The notes beneath the pieces were generated by a model. That model searched no databases. It was not told the origin of the DNA and worked only from the letters and a program-made list of their open reading frames with translations. Position numbers and translations under genes: made by a program. From Sphingopyxis sp. (lineage in GTDB: Bacteria > Pseudomonadota > Alphaproteobacteria > Sphingomonadales > Sphingomonadaceae), in the NCBI RefSeq assembly GCF_041916015.1, contig NZ_JAYSAH010000019.1:353-64352 (forward strand): 64,000 bases of DNA, written 5' to 3'. Of the stretch, positions 55,811 through 64,000 are shown in pieces; the first letter of the stretch is position 1, and the number at the start of each line of letters is the position of its first letter.

Positions 55811-56580
55811 TGGAAGAGCTGCCGCTCGCCTTCGACCTGGCTCCGGCGGCGGCAGAGCGCGAGGATGCGTTGCAGCTCAATCTCGACAGCTGGGAGGGGC
55901 CGCTCGACCTGCTGCTGACGCTCGCGCGCAGCCAGAAGGTCGATCTCCGGCAGATCTCGATCCTCCAACTCGTCGAGCAATATCTCGCCTTCATCGCCGA
56001 AATGCGCGCGAAGCTGGAGGTCGCGGCCGATTATCTGGTGATGGCGGCGTGGCTGGCCTATTTGAAATCGGCGCTGCTGCTGCCAAAGGACCCGCTCGAG
56101 GAGCCGTCGCCCGACGAGCTGGCGCTGCGGCTGCAATTGCGGCTCCAGCGGCTCGCAGCAATGCGCGAGGCGGCGGCGCGGCTGCTGGCGCGCGACCGGG
56201 TCGGGCGCGACGTCTTCCTGCGTGCCAAGCCCGAAGGGCTGCGCGACGTCAAGGTACGGCGCTGGGATGCGAGCCTTTACGATCTTCTGTCGGCCTATGG
56301 GCAGGTCAAACTCAGGACCGAGCCCGTCGTGCATATGGTGGCGCGGCGCCCGGTGATCACGCTCGACGCCGCGCTCCAGCATCTCGAACGGATGATCGGG
56401 GTGCGGCTCGACTGGGCCGAGCTTTCCGATTTCCTGCCATCCGACTATCAGGGGCCGCTGCGGCGGTCGGCGATCGCATCGAGCTTCGTGGCGGCGCTCG
56501 AACTGGCGCGGCAGGGCCGGGTCGATCTCAAGCAGAACGGCGCGTTCGAGCCGCTTTATCTGAAGGCAGCCGGAGCATGA
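55810..56580 (+). CDS. scpA: Segregation and condensation protein A
   Basis: WEGPLDLLLTLAR, ADYLVMAAWLAYLKS, SSFVAALELARQG. Confidence 0.95.
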   Translation: MEELPLAFDLAPAAAEREDALQLNLDSWEGPLDLLLTLARSQKVDLRQISILQLVEQYLAFIAEMRAKLEVAADYLVMAAWLAYLKSALLLPKDPLEEPSPDELALRLQLRLQRLAAMREAAARLLARDRVGRDVFLRAKPEGLRDVKVRRWDASLYDLLSAYGQVKLRTEPVVHMVARRPVITLDAALQHLERMIGVRLDWAELSDFLPSDYQGPLRRSAIASSFVAALELARQGRVDLKQNGAFEPLYLKAAGA

Positions 56581-57170
56581 TCGACGATCTGGAACGCGCG
56601 ATAGAGGCGATGCTGTTCGCGAGCGACGAACCGCTCGATGCGCGGCAGGTAGCGGGACGACTTGGCGACGAAATGACGCCAGGCGCGGTGCGCGCGATCA
56701 TCGTGGCGATCGCCGAACGTCACGCCGGCAGCGGGATCGAACTCGTCGAGCGCGGCGGTCACTGGCATTTCCAGACGCCCGCCGACCTCGCCCATCTGCT
56801 CCGCCGCGAGCGTGACGACCCGCGCAAGCTGTCGCGCGCGGCGGCCGAGGTGCTGGCGATCGTCGCCTATCACGAGCCGGTCAGCCGCGCCGAGATCGAG
56901 GCGATCCGCGGCGTCCAGACGTCGAAAGGCACACTCGACGTGCTGATGGAAGCCGAGTGGATCGCCCCAGCCGGGCGCCGCGAGGTTCCGGGGCGGCCGC
57001 TGATTTACAGGACGACCGACGCTTTCCTGCAGCATTTCGGCCTCGCCAGCCGCAAGGACCTGCCGGGAATCGAGGATTTGCGCGCAGCGGGCCTGCTCGA
57101 TCCCGTCGATCTCGCCTTCGAGGAGGCGATGGGCGAACTGGACCTAGTAAAAGATGGGGAAGAGGCCTAG
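56577..57170 (+). CDS. scpB: Segregation and condensation protein B
   Basis: IEAMLFASDEPL, LSRAAAEVLAIVAYHEPVSRAEIEAIRGV, FLQHFGL. Confidence 0.95.
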   Translation: MIDDLERAIEAMLFASDEPLDARQVAGRLGDEMTPGAVRAIIVAIAERHAGSGIELVERGGHWHFQTPADLAHLLRRERDDPRKLSRAAAEVLAIVAYHEPVSRAEIEAIRGVQTSKGTLDVLMEAEWIAPAGRREVPGRPLIYRTTDAFLQHFGLASRKDLPGIEDLRAAGLLDPVDLAFEEAMGELDLVKDGEEA

Positions 57171-57195
57171 ATAAAGGCCTCAAGGAGAATTCAAG

Positions 57196-57423
57196 ATGGG
57201 TAGCTTTAGTCTCGTTCATTGGCTTGTCCTGGGCCTGATCATCCTGCTGTTGTTCGGCAAGGGACGCTTCTCGGACATGATGGGCGACGTCGCCAAGGGT
57301 CTGAAGAGCTTCAAGAAGGGCATGGCCGACGACGACACGCCGCCGCCCGCGCCGCGCCAGATCGACGGCCAGCGGGCGCCCGACGCGACCCCGACGCCGA
57401 CCGCGGAAACCGAAATCCGCTGA
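57196..57423 (+). CDS. tatA: Twin-arginine translocase TatA
   Basis: MGSFSLVHW...[25 protein letters not shown]. Confidence 0.95.
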   Translation: MGSFSLVHWLVLGLIILLLFGKGRFSDMMGDVAKGLKSFKKGMADDDTPPPAPRQIDGQRAPDATPTPTAETEIR

Positions 57424-57455
57424 CCGCGGTCCGTTCGCGGGGGAAAGTTTAGTTC

Positions 57456-57848
57456 ATGTTCGACGTCGCGCCCACCGAGTTGCTGCTCGTCGTGGTGGTG
57501 GCCTTGGTCGTCATCGGCCCCAAGGACCTTCCCAAGGCGATGCGTTTTGTCGGCAAATGGGTCGGCAAGGCGCGCGGCATGGCGCGCCATTTCCGCTCGG
57601 GGCTCGACACGATGATGCGCGAGGCCGAGCTCGAAGAACTCGAAAAGCAATGGCGCGCGCAGAACGACGCGATCATGCGCGAATTTCCGCGGGTCGATGA
57701 GGCGGGGGCAGGGACGCCGCCCTTGCTGCCCGCCGGGGACACGAGCGCGCCGACGACCGAAGCGCCGCCCGAAAATCCCGATTTCGCCGCAGCGGCGACC
57801 AAGCCCGAAACCCACGAAATACCGCCGCGGGACGGACCGCTGCCATGA
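57456..57848 (+). CDS. tatB: Twin-arginine translocase TatB
   Basis: MFDVAPTELLL...VIGPKDLP. Confidence 0.95.
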   Translation: MFDVAPTELLLVVVVALVVIGPKDLPKAMRFVGKWVGKARGMARHFRSGLDTMMREAELEELEKQWRAQNDAIMREFPRVDEAGAGTPPLLPAGDTSAPTTEAPPENPDFAAAATKPETHEIPPRDGPLP

Positions 57849-58651
57849 CGGTGGAAACGCCGGTTACGGCTGACGAGGATGGCGCCGGCGGCAAGATGCC
57901 GCTGCTTGACCATCTGATCGAGCTCCGCTCGCGCCTGCTCAAATCGCTGCTCGCGATCGGGGCGGCCTTTCTGCTCTGCCTCTATTTCGCGCGCGCCATT
58001 CTGACTGTGCTCGTTCACCCGCTTACCGAGGCGGGGCTAAAGAAGCTCATCTATACCAAGCCGACCGAAGCCTTTTTCGTCGAGATGAAGGTCGCGCTGT
58101 TCGCCGCGATCATGCTGGCCTTTCCGGTGATCGCGAACCAGCTGTGGAAATTCGTTGCGCCGGGTCTCTATCGCAAGGAAAAGCGCGCGCTGCTGCCCTT
58201 CCTGTTCGCGACGCCGATCCTGTTCGCGACGGGGGCCTGCTTCGCCTATTTCGTCACCATCCCAACCGCGCTGCACTTCCTGTTCGGATTCCAGCGCGAC
58301 CTGGGGGGCGTGACGCAGGAGGCGCTGCCCGCGACCGGCGAGTATATCTCGTTCATCATGCAGTTTCTGATGGCGTTCGGCATCGCCTTCCTGTTGCCGA
58401 TCCTGCTGATGCTGATCGAGCGCGCCGGGCTGGTCACGCGCGAGCAGCTGATCGGCGCCCGCCGCTACATGATCGTCGGGGCCTTCGCGATCGCCGCGGT
58501 CTTCACGCCGCCCGACGTGCTGAGCCAGCTGTTGCTCGCGATCCCGCTGGTGCTTCTCTATGAGCTGTCGATCGTCGCGATATGGTTCACCCAGCGCCGA
58601 CGCAAAACAGGCGCCGAAGCGGCGCCTGTCGAGCCTCTCGAAGAGGCTTAG
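57845..58651 (+). CDS. tatC: Twin-arginine translocase TatC
   Basis: MPLLDHLIELR, FVAPGLYRKE, AVFTPPD. Confidence 0.96.
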   Translation: MTVETPVTADEDGAGGKMPLLDHLIELRSRLLKSLLAIGAAFLLCLYFARAILTVLVHPLTEAGLKKLIYTKPTEAFFVEMKVALFAAIMLAFPVIANQLWKFVAPGLYRKEKRALLPFLFATPILFATGACFAYFVTIPTALHFLFGFQRDLGGVTQEALPATGEYISFIMQFLMAFGIAFLLPILLMLIERAGLVTREQLIGARRYMIVGAFAIAAVFTPPDVLSQLLLAIPLVLLYELSIVAIWFTQRRRKTGAEAAPVEPLEEA

Positions 58652-58671
58652 GGTAAGCGGGCAACGCCCGA

Positions 58672-58800
58672 TCAGTGGATGGCGTCGCTACCCGCCTGGC
58701 CGACCGATTCGATATCGCGGCCAGCACCCTTCACCGTATTGCAGCCAGCGACCAGAAAGCTGGCGAGCAGGGTGAGGAGGATTACACGGACACTCGTCAT
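58672..58800 (-). CDS. Entericidin A/B family small lipoprotein (below the ORF-track length cut-off)
   Basis: MTSVRVILLTLLASFLVAGCNTVKGAGRDIESVGQAGSDAIH*: lipobox VAGC, signature CNTxxGxGxD, GAGGTG RBS. Confidence 0.88.
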   Translation of the reverse strand: MTSVRVILLTLLASFLVAGCNTVKGAGRDIESVGQAGSDAIH

Positions 58801-59022
58801 ATTCTTCACCTCTCAGGAACTGGTGCAAAATGGCCCGGCACGCTTTCGAGGGGGGGGGAGGGAATGCGGGCCGGGCCAATGTTGCTGAGCAGCGCTGCGG
58901 GGGGGCGATGACCGCTGCTCGAATGGGAAACGACCGGCGCGGCGGATAAGTTCCCGAAAAAAATTGCGGCGATGAATTTTTTTTCGCGATTCTTTTGAAT
59001 CGCTTGAATCTCAAGGTTTTGA

Positions 59023-60483
59023 TCAACTCATCGCAGTGAGGCCGCTCAGGACCGCGAGCCCCAGGAACGAGAAAAAGCCCATGATGTCGGTCAACGTGGT
59101 CACGAAAACCGCCGACGAAACCGCGGGGTCGATGTCGAACCGGTCGAGCGTCACCGGAACCAAGATGCCCGCAAGCCCCGCGACCAGATTGTTAATCAGC
59201 ATCGCCGAGGCGATGACGATGCCGAGCAGCGGATTGCCGAAGATCAACGCGGTTCCGGTGCCGATCAGCACGCCGAGCGACAGGCCGTTGACCGTCGCGA
59301 TGCGGAATTCGCGGAAGATCATGCGCAGCGTGTTCGATGCGGTCAGCTGATTGGTCGCGATCGCGCGCACGGTGACCGCCAGCGTCTGCGTGCCCGCATT
59401 GCCGCCCATGCCCGAGACGATCGGCATCAGCACCGCGAGCAGCGCGAATTTGGCGATCGCACCCTCGAAGAAGCCGACGACCGATGCGGCCAGCATTGCG
59501 GTGCCGAGATTGACGACCAGCCAGCTCAGCCGGGTGCGGATCGTCATGGCGATCGGTTCGTTGATGTCGCCGTCGCCCGCGCCGGACAGGCGAAGGATGT
59601 CCTCGCCAGCCTCTTCCTGAATGATGTGGACGATATCGTCGACGGTGATCATGCCGACGAGGCGCCCGGCCTTGTCGACGACCGCCGCGGAGATCAGCGC
59701 ATATTTCTGAAAGCGCAGCGCGACCTCTTCCTGGTCCATATCGACCGGGATCAGCGTCTGTTCGCGTTTCATCAGGTCGCTGATCGCAATGGTGCGCGGC
59801 GCGCGCAAGATCCAGCTGAGCTGACAGGTGCCGACCGGGCGGTGCATCGGATCGACGACGAAGATTTCCCAGAAATCGGTGGCGAGATCGACATCCTCGC
59901 GGAGGCGGTCGATCACGTCGCCGACGGTCACATGCTCGGGCACCGCGACATATTCGCGCTGCATCAGGCGCCCGGCGGTTTCCTCGGGATAGGAGAGGGC
60001 GTCCTCGATCGCGGCGCGATCCTCGGGCTCCATCGCCTGGAGGACGGCCTGCTGCTCGTCCTCCTCCATGTCCTCGATGATCGCGACGGCGTCGTCGGTA
60101 TCGAGTTCGGACGCGATTTCGGCCACTTGCTCCGGCGCGAGCAGATCGATCAGCCGCTCGCGCACATGGTCGTTCATCTCCGCGAGCACGTCGGGCGAGA
60201 CCATGTCGCCGAGGACATGTGCGAGCAGCGGACGATCCTCGTCCGAGACGAGCTCGAACAGGTCGGCGATGTCGGCGGGGTGGAGACGGCCGACGCGATC
60301 ACGCGCCGCCTCGACCTCGCCGGCTTCGGCAAGGTCGATCACGTCGCGGACGAAGGCCGGCTTCAGCCGGTCGTCCTCGTCGAGTTCGGTTTCAGCCTCG
60401 CGCTGCGCCGGGTCGCGATCGATCTCGCGATCGTCGGTGATGATCGCGTCGTCAGGGGGCAGGGATTCTTCGCGTTTGTCCAT
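59023..60483 (-). CDS. mgtE: Magnesium transporter MgtE
   Basis: LHPADIA, ETAGRLM, CBS pair, MPIVSGMGGNAGTQ, DPAVSSAVFVTTLTD. Confidence 0.95.
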   Translation of the reverse strand: MDKREESLPPDDAIITDDREIDRDPAQREAETELDEDDRLKPAFVRDVIDLAEAGEVEAARDRVGRLHPADIADLFELVSDEDRPLLAHVLGDMVSPDVLAEMNDHVRERLIDLLAPEQVAEIASELDTDDAVAIIEDMEEDEQQAVLQAMEPEDRAAIEDALSYPEETAGRLMQREYVAVPEHVTVGDVIDRLREDVDLATDFWEIFVVDPMHRPVGTCQLSWILRAPRTIAISDLMKREQTLIPVDMDQEEVALRFQKYALISAAVVDKAGRLVGMITVDDIVHIIQEEAGEDILRLSGAGDGDINEPIAMTIRTRLSWLVVNLGTAMLAASVVGFFEGAIAKFALLAVLMPIVSGMGGNAGTQTLAVTVRAIATNQLTASNTLRMIFREFRIATVNGLSLGVLIGTGTALIFGNPLLGIVIASAMLINNLVAGLAGILVPVTLDRFDIDPAVSSAVFVTTLTDIMGFFSFLGLAVLSGLTAMS

Positions 60484-60652
60484 CGCGCGGTCCTCCCTGG
60501 AATGTGCGGCGTGTGATGTGGCTTCCGGCTTCCCCCTAGTCCCGCCGCCGCATGATGGCAACGCCGCGGAGCATGCTTTTTGTGCAATTAGGGCGTGGCT
60601 TTGCGGCGCGGCGCGGCTATGGGTCCGGCAAATCCCAAGCAAGGAGCAAATC

Positions 60653-61105
60653 ATGTCCGACCAGACGCTCACCCTTTCGCTGTCGACCGGCGATGTCGTC
60701 ATCCGCCTGCGCCCCGATCTCGCGCCGCAGCATGTCGAGCGGATCACGACGCTTGCCAAGGAAGGCTTTTACGACGGCGTCGTCTTTCACCGCGTGATCC
60801 CCGGCTTCATGGCGCAGGGCGGCGACCCGACGGGCACCGGCATGGGTGGCAGCAAGCTGCCCGATCTGCCGCAGGAATTCAGCAGCGAGCCGCATGTCCG
60901 CGGCGTCTGCTCGATGGCGCGCGCGCAGAACCCGAACAGCGCGAACAGCCAGTTTTTCATCTGCTTCGAGGACGCGCGCTTCCTCGACAATCAATATACC
61001 GTCTGGGGCGAAGTGATTGAAGGCATGGAAAATGTCGACGCGCTGCCCAAGGGCGAGCCGCCGCGCGAGCCGGGCAAGATCGTCAAGGCGACGGTTTCGG
61101 AATAA
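60653..61105 (+). CDS. Cyclophilin-type peptidyl-prolyl isomerase
   Basis: FYDGVVFHRVIPGFMAQGGDPTGTG, SMARAQNPNSANSQFFI; AAGGAG RBS. Confidence 0.95.
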   Translation: MSDQTLTLSLSTGDVVIRLRPDLAPQHVERITTLAKEGFYDGVVFHRVIPGFMAQGGDPTGTGMGGSKLPDLPQEFSSEPHVRGVCSMARAQNPNSANSQFFICFEDARFLDNQYTVWGEVIEGMENVDALPKGEPPREPGKIVKATVSE

Positions 61106-61184
61106 TCTCCCTTTCGCTCTTTTTGTGCGAGCGGCGGTGAGTTCGCTTGCGCGTCAGGAGCGCGATCGGGGAATTATATGGCTG

Positions 61185-61270
61185 CGTGCTCCCGCGAAGG
61201 CGGGAGCCCATCTCCGGCAGGATCTGTTTCGAACCGCCGGATGATGGGTCCCCGCCTTCGCGGGGACACG
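61185..61270. repeat. REP-like doublet (CCCGC-GAAG-GCGGG hairpins) between convergent genes
   Basis: 28-bp inverted arms 61185-61212 and 61243-61270 (24/28 match), each folding into its own hairpin. Confidence 0.85.
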
Positions 61271-61296
61271 CGTGCGCTCTATCGGGATGATTTTTC

Positions 61297-62430
61297 TTAC
61301 TCTCCCACGAACCCGTTCAGCCGTTCGCAGGCGGCGATCCAGTCTTCCTTGAACGCCTGCACGACCTGTCCGGCGCCCATCGCCTCGTTCATCAGGCCCA
61401 CGCCCTGGCCGACCCAATAGGTCGCGAGCGCCTTGGCGCCTTCGTGGCCGCCCTCCGACAATTTGTCGATCTTGCGGAGCGCGGGTTCGCTAACCAGTGA
61501 TTGCAGCGGCATGGGAAGCGGCTTGGGCGCGCCTTCGGCTTCCCACGCGTCGGTCCATGGCGAGCGGAGCTGGCGCGAGGGCTTGCCCGTGCGACTCTTC
61601 GACCGCACCGTGTCGCGCGAGGTCGCGGCGAGCATCTTTTCCTTCACGACCGGATTGGTTTCGGCCTCGGCCGTGGTCAGCCACACCGATCCGGTCCAGG
61701 CGCCATGCGCGCCCATCGCCATCGCCGCTGCCATCTGGCGTCCGGTGACGATGCCGCCCGCCGCGAGGATCGGCGTGGTCGCGCCGACCGCCTCGACCGC
61801 TGCCGCGACCTCGGGCACCAGCACCATCGTCGCGACCTCGCCGCAATGGCCGCCCGCCTCGCCGCCCGCGACGACGAGGATATCGACCCCGGCGCGGACC
61901 TGCGCCAGCGCATGATCGCGGGTGCCGACGAGTGCGGCGACCGGAACGCCGTGCCGCTTGCCGAGGTCGAGCATCAGTTGCGGCGGCACCCCGAGCGCGT
62001 TGGCGATGAGCTTGATCGGGTGGCGGAAGGCGACTTCGAGCAGCTTGGCCGCGCCATCCTCGCGCAGATTCTCGCCGAAGCTCTGCCGCGCCTCCGCCGC
62101 AGCGTCGAGCCCGGCGGCATCGACGTCGAACTTGCCGAGCAACTCGGCGGCGAACTGCTTGTGGCTGTCGGGCACCTTGGGCAGCGCCGAGGGCGCCTCG
62201 CCCTTGCCCGCGAAGCTGTTCGGCACGATCAGGTCGACGCCATAGGGCAGGCCGCCGATATGCGCGTCGATCCATGCCAATTCCTCTTCGAGCCGCTCGG
62301 GCGGCAGCGAGGCAGCGCCGAACACGCCCATGCCGCCCGCCTTCGACACCGCGACGACGACGTCGCGGCAGTGCGAGAAGGCGAGCAGCGGAAATTCGAT
62401 TCCGAGCATCGTGCAGATGGGGGATTGCAA
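61297..62430 (-). CDS. Nitronate monooxygenase / 2-nitropropane dioxygenase-like flavoenzyme
   Basis: FPLLAFSHC, GGEAGGHCG, LAAGGIVTGRQ, GSVWL, YWVGQGVGL; TTG 62430 with GGGAG RBS. Confidence 0.88.
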   Translation of the reverse strand: MQSPICTMLGIEFPLLAFSHCRDVVVAVSKAGGMGVFGAASLPPERLEEELAWIDAHIGGLPYGVDLIVPNSFAGKGEAPSALPKVPDSHKQFAAELLGKFDVDAAGLDAAAEARQSFGENLREDGAAKLLEVAFRHPIKLIANALGVPPQLMLDLGKRHGVPVAALVGTRDHALAQVRAGVDILVVAGGEAGGHCGEVATMVLVPEVAAAVEAVGATTPILAAGGIVTGRQMAAAMAMGAHGAWTGSVWLTTAEAETNPVVKEKMLAATSRDTVRSKSRTGKPSRQLRSPWTDAWEAEGAPKPLPMPLQSLVSEPALRKIDKLSEGGHEGAKALATYWVGQGVGLMNEAMGAGQVVQAFKEDWIAACERLNGFVGE

Positions 62431-62454
62431 TTTTCTTCTCCCGATTACCCCACG

Positions 62455-62549
62455 CGTCATTGCGAACCCGGTGCAGCCGGGTGACGCAATCCAGGGCGGT
62501 TCGCGCCGATTCTGGATTGCCGCGTCGCCTTCGGCTCCTCGCAATGACG
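62455..62549. repeat. Palindromic repeat family A, copy 3
   Basis: CGTCATTGCGA/TCGCAATGACG termini; shares CTGGATTGCCGCGyCGCCTTCGGCTCCTCGCAATGACG with copy 2. Confidence 0.8.
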
Positions 62550-62637
62550 GAGTGGGCTTGGCTATTGGCATCTATGTCAGCGACAGTTGACGTAAACGTC
62601 AAGTTGATTTGCTACGCGAGCCGATTATCGCGGGCTT

Positions 62638-63483
62638 ATGACCCAATTTTCTCTCCCCGGTTTCGACCTCGACGCTTTCGTCCGCAGCACGCTGGCCGAA
62701 GATCTCGGTTCGGGCGGCGACATCACCTCGATGGCGACCATCCCTGCCGATGCGCGCTTTTCAGGCGTGATGGACAGCCGCGATGCGATCACCGTCGCGG
62801 GATTGCCGATCGCCGAGCGATTCTTTCGCGCGCTCGACCCGGCGATGGAGATCGAGATATTGGTCGAGGAGGGCGAGAGCGTACCCGCGGGTAGCGACCT
62901 GATGCGGCTGTCGGGCAATGCGCGCGCGATGCTGACCGCCGAACGCTCGGCGCTCAACACGGTGCAGCACCTGTCGGGAATCGCGACGATGACGCGCACC
63001 TATGTCGATGCGCTGGCCGGGGGAGCGACACTGCTCGACACGCGCAAGACGATTCCCGGCCTGCGGGTGCTGGAGAAATATGCGACGCGGATGGGCGGCG
63101 CGACGAATCACCGCATGGGCCTCTGGGACGCGGCGATGATCAAGGACAATCATGTCGCGGTCGCCGGATCGGTCGAGGAGGCGGTGCGGCGCGCGGTCGC
63201 GGCGGGGATCGAGAACATCATCGTCGAGGTCGACCGGGTAGATCAAGTCGAGCCGGCGCTGAAGGCCGGGGCAACGCACCTGCTGCTCGACAATATGGGG
63301 CTCGACGCACTGCGGGAGGCGGTCGGACAAGTCGGCGGCCGGGTGCCGACCGAAGCGTCGGGGGGCGTGCGGCTCGACACGATCGGCGCGATCGGGGCGA
63401 CAGGGGTGACCTATGTCTCCGTGGGCCGCCTCACGCAGTCGGCGCCGGCGGCGGACATCGGGCTCGACTTTGCGCTGGCTTAG
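62638..63483 (+). CDS. nadC: Nicotinate-nucleotide diphosphorylase (quinolinate phosphoribosyltransferase)
   Basis: LAEDLG, AERSALN, LDTRKTIPGLR, NHRMGLWDAAMIKDNH, LLDNM, EASGG. Confidence 0.97.
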   Translation: MTQFSLPGFDLDAFVRSTLAEDLGSGGDITSMATIPADARFSGVMDSRDAITVAGLPIAERFFRALDPAMEIEILVEEGESVPAGSDLMRLSGNARAMLTAERSALNTVQHLSGIATMTRTYVDALAGGATLLDTRKTIPGLRVLEKYATRMGGATNHRMGLWDAAMIKDNHVAVAGSVEEAVRRAVAAGIENIIVEVDRVDQVEPALKAGATHLLLDNMGLDALREAVGQVGGRVPTEASGGVRLDTIGAIGATGVTYVSVGRLTQSAPAADIGLDFALA

Positions 63484-64000
63484 CGCCGCCGCGCTTGCGC
63501 TGGTCCCGGTCGCGGCGCAGGCGCAATCGCTTGCCTGCTCCGCGCCCGACCGCATTCCCGTCCCGCGCCTCGAACAGCCGCGCCGCGGCGAACCCGTTCG
63601 CAAGCCGCCGGTCGCAGGCTATCTGCTGACATTGAGCTGGTCGCCGCAGCATTGCGCGGGGGTTCGCAGCGCCAGGGACGCGCGCGACCGCTTCCAATGC
63701 TCGGGCGAGAGTGGCCGCTTCGGTTGGGTGCTGCACGGGCTGTGGCCCGAGGCCGACAATCCGGGCTATCCGCAATGGTGCCGTCCGGCAAAGATCGTCC
63801 CGCAGCCAGTGCTGCGCCGGCATATGTGCATGACGCCTTCGGCGCAGCTGCTCCAGCATGAATGGGCCAAGCACGGGACCTGCATGAGTCCTCACCCCGC
63901 AGCCTATTTTCGCGCCGCCGAGATATTGTTCCGTACCGTGCGCTTCCCCGACATGAAGCGGCTCGCCGCAGCGCCGCAGACCGCCGGTAGCATCCGCCGC
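63470..64000 (+). CDS. Secreted ribonuclease T2 family protein (runs off the window end)
   Basis: TTG start overlapping the nadC end; signal peptide MRWLSAAALALVPVAAQA; LSWSPQHC, CAS I LHGLWP (from 63731), CAS II HEWAKHGTC. Confidence 0.9.
   Translation, partial: MRWLSAAALALVPVAAQAQSLACSAPDRIPVPRLEQPRRGEPVRKPPVAGYLLTLSWSPQHCAGVRSARDARDRFQCSGESGRFGWVLHGLWPEADNPGYPQWCRPAKIVPQPVLRRHMCMTPSAQLLQHEWAKHGTCMSPHPAAYFRAAEILFRTVRFPDMKRLAAAPQTAGSIRR

Noticed and set aside
58860-58892. EcfG-type promoter (GGAAC-N16/17-CGTT) for entericidin
   Set aside because: The closest match on the coding strand is GCAAC-N14-CATT, which has the wrong spacing.

Overview
High-GC alphaproteobacterial chromosome segment. 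Gene order (mreBCD-mrdA-rodA, glyQS-ppdK, argS-SPOR-nagZ-scpAB-tatABC, cpa/tad) and the repeat families point to Sphingomonadaceae, probably Sphingopyxis-like; this is inference. About 59 kb is core genome: elongasome, mutL, an XRE-led TraB/GumN operon, glyQS, ppdK, tRNA-Arg, glucokinase, a gamma-glutamyl polyamine utilisation cluster with ABC transporter, a PEP-CTERM surface protein, a PhoR-like kinase, Tad pilus genes, rnhA-thrB-ispH, tat, mgtE, nadC and RNase T2. The first ~4.85 kb is a lower-GC accessory segment abutting the 3' end of tRNA-Lys(CTT), probably the end of an integrated element. It carries an NYN/OST-HTH RNase, a CX5R phosphatase fused to an ADP-ribosylglycohydrolase and preceded by a DriD/WYL-like palindrome, an IS110-family recombinase with intact catalytic residues, and a divergent HTH-S24 repressor that has lost both catalytic residues. 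The best novelty candidates are (i) this island module and (ii) a ~51% GC in-frame cassette inside the essential glyS gene. No CRISPR array or rRNA was seen. All assignments come from motif recognition by eye; no searches were run.
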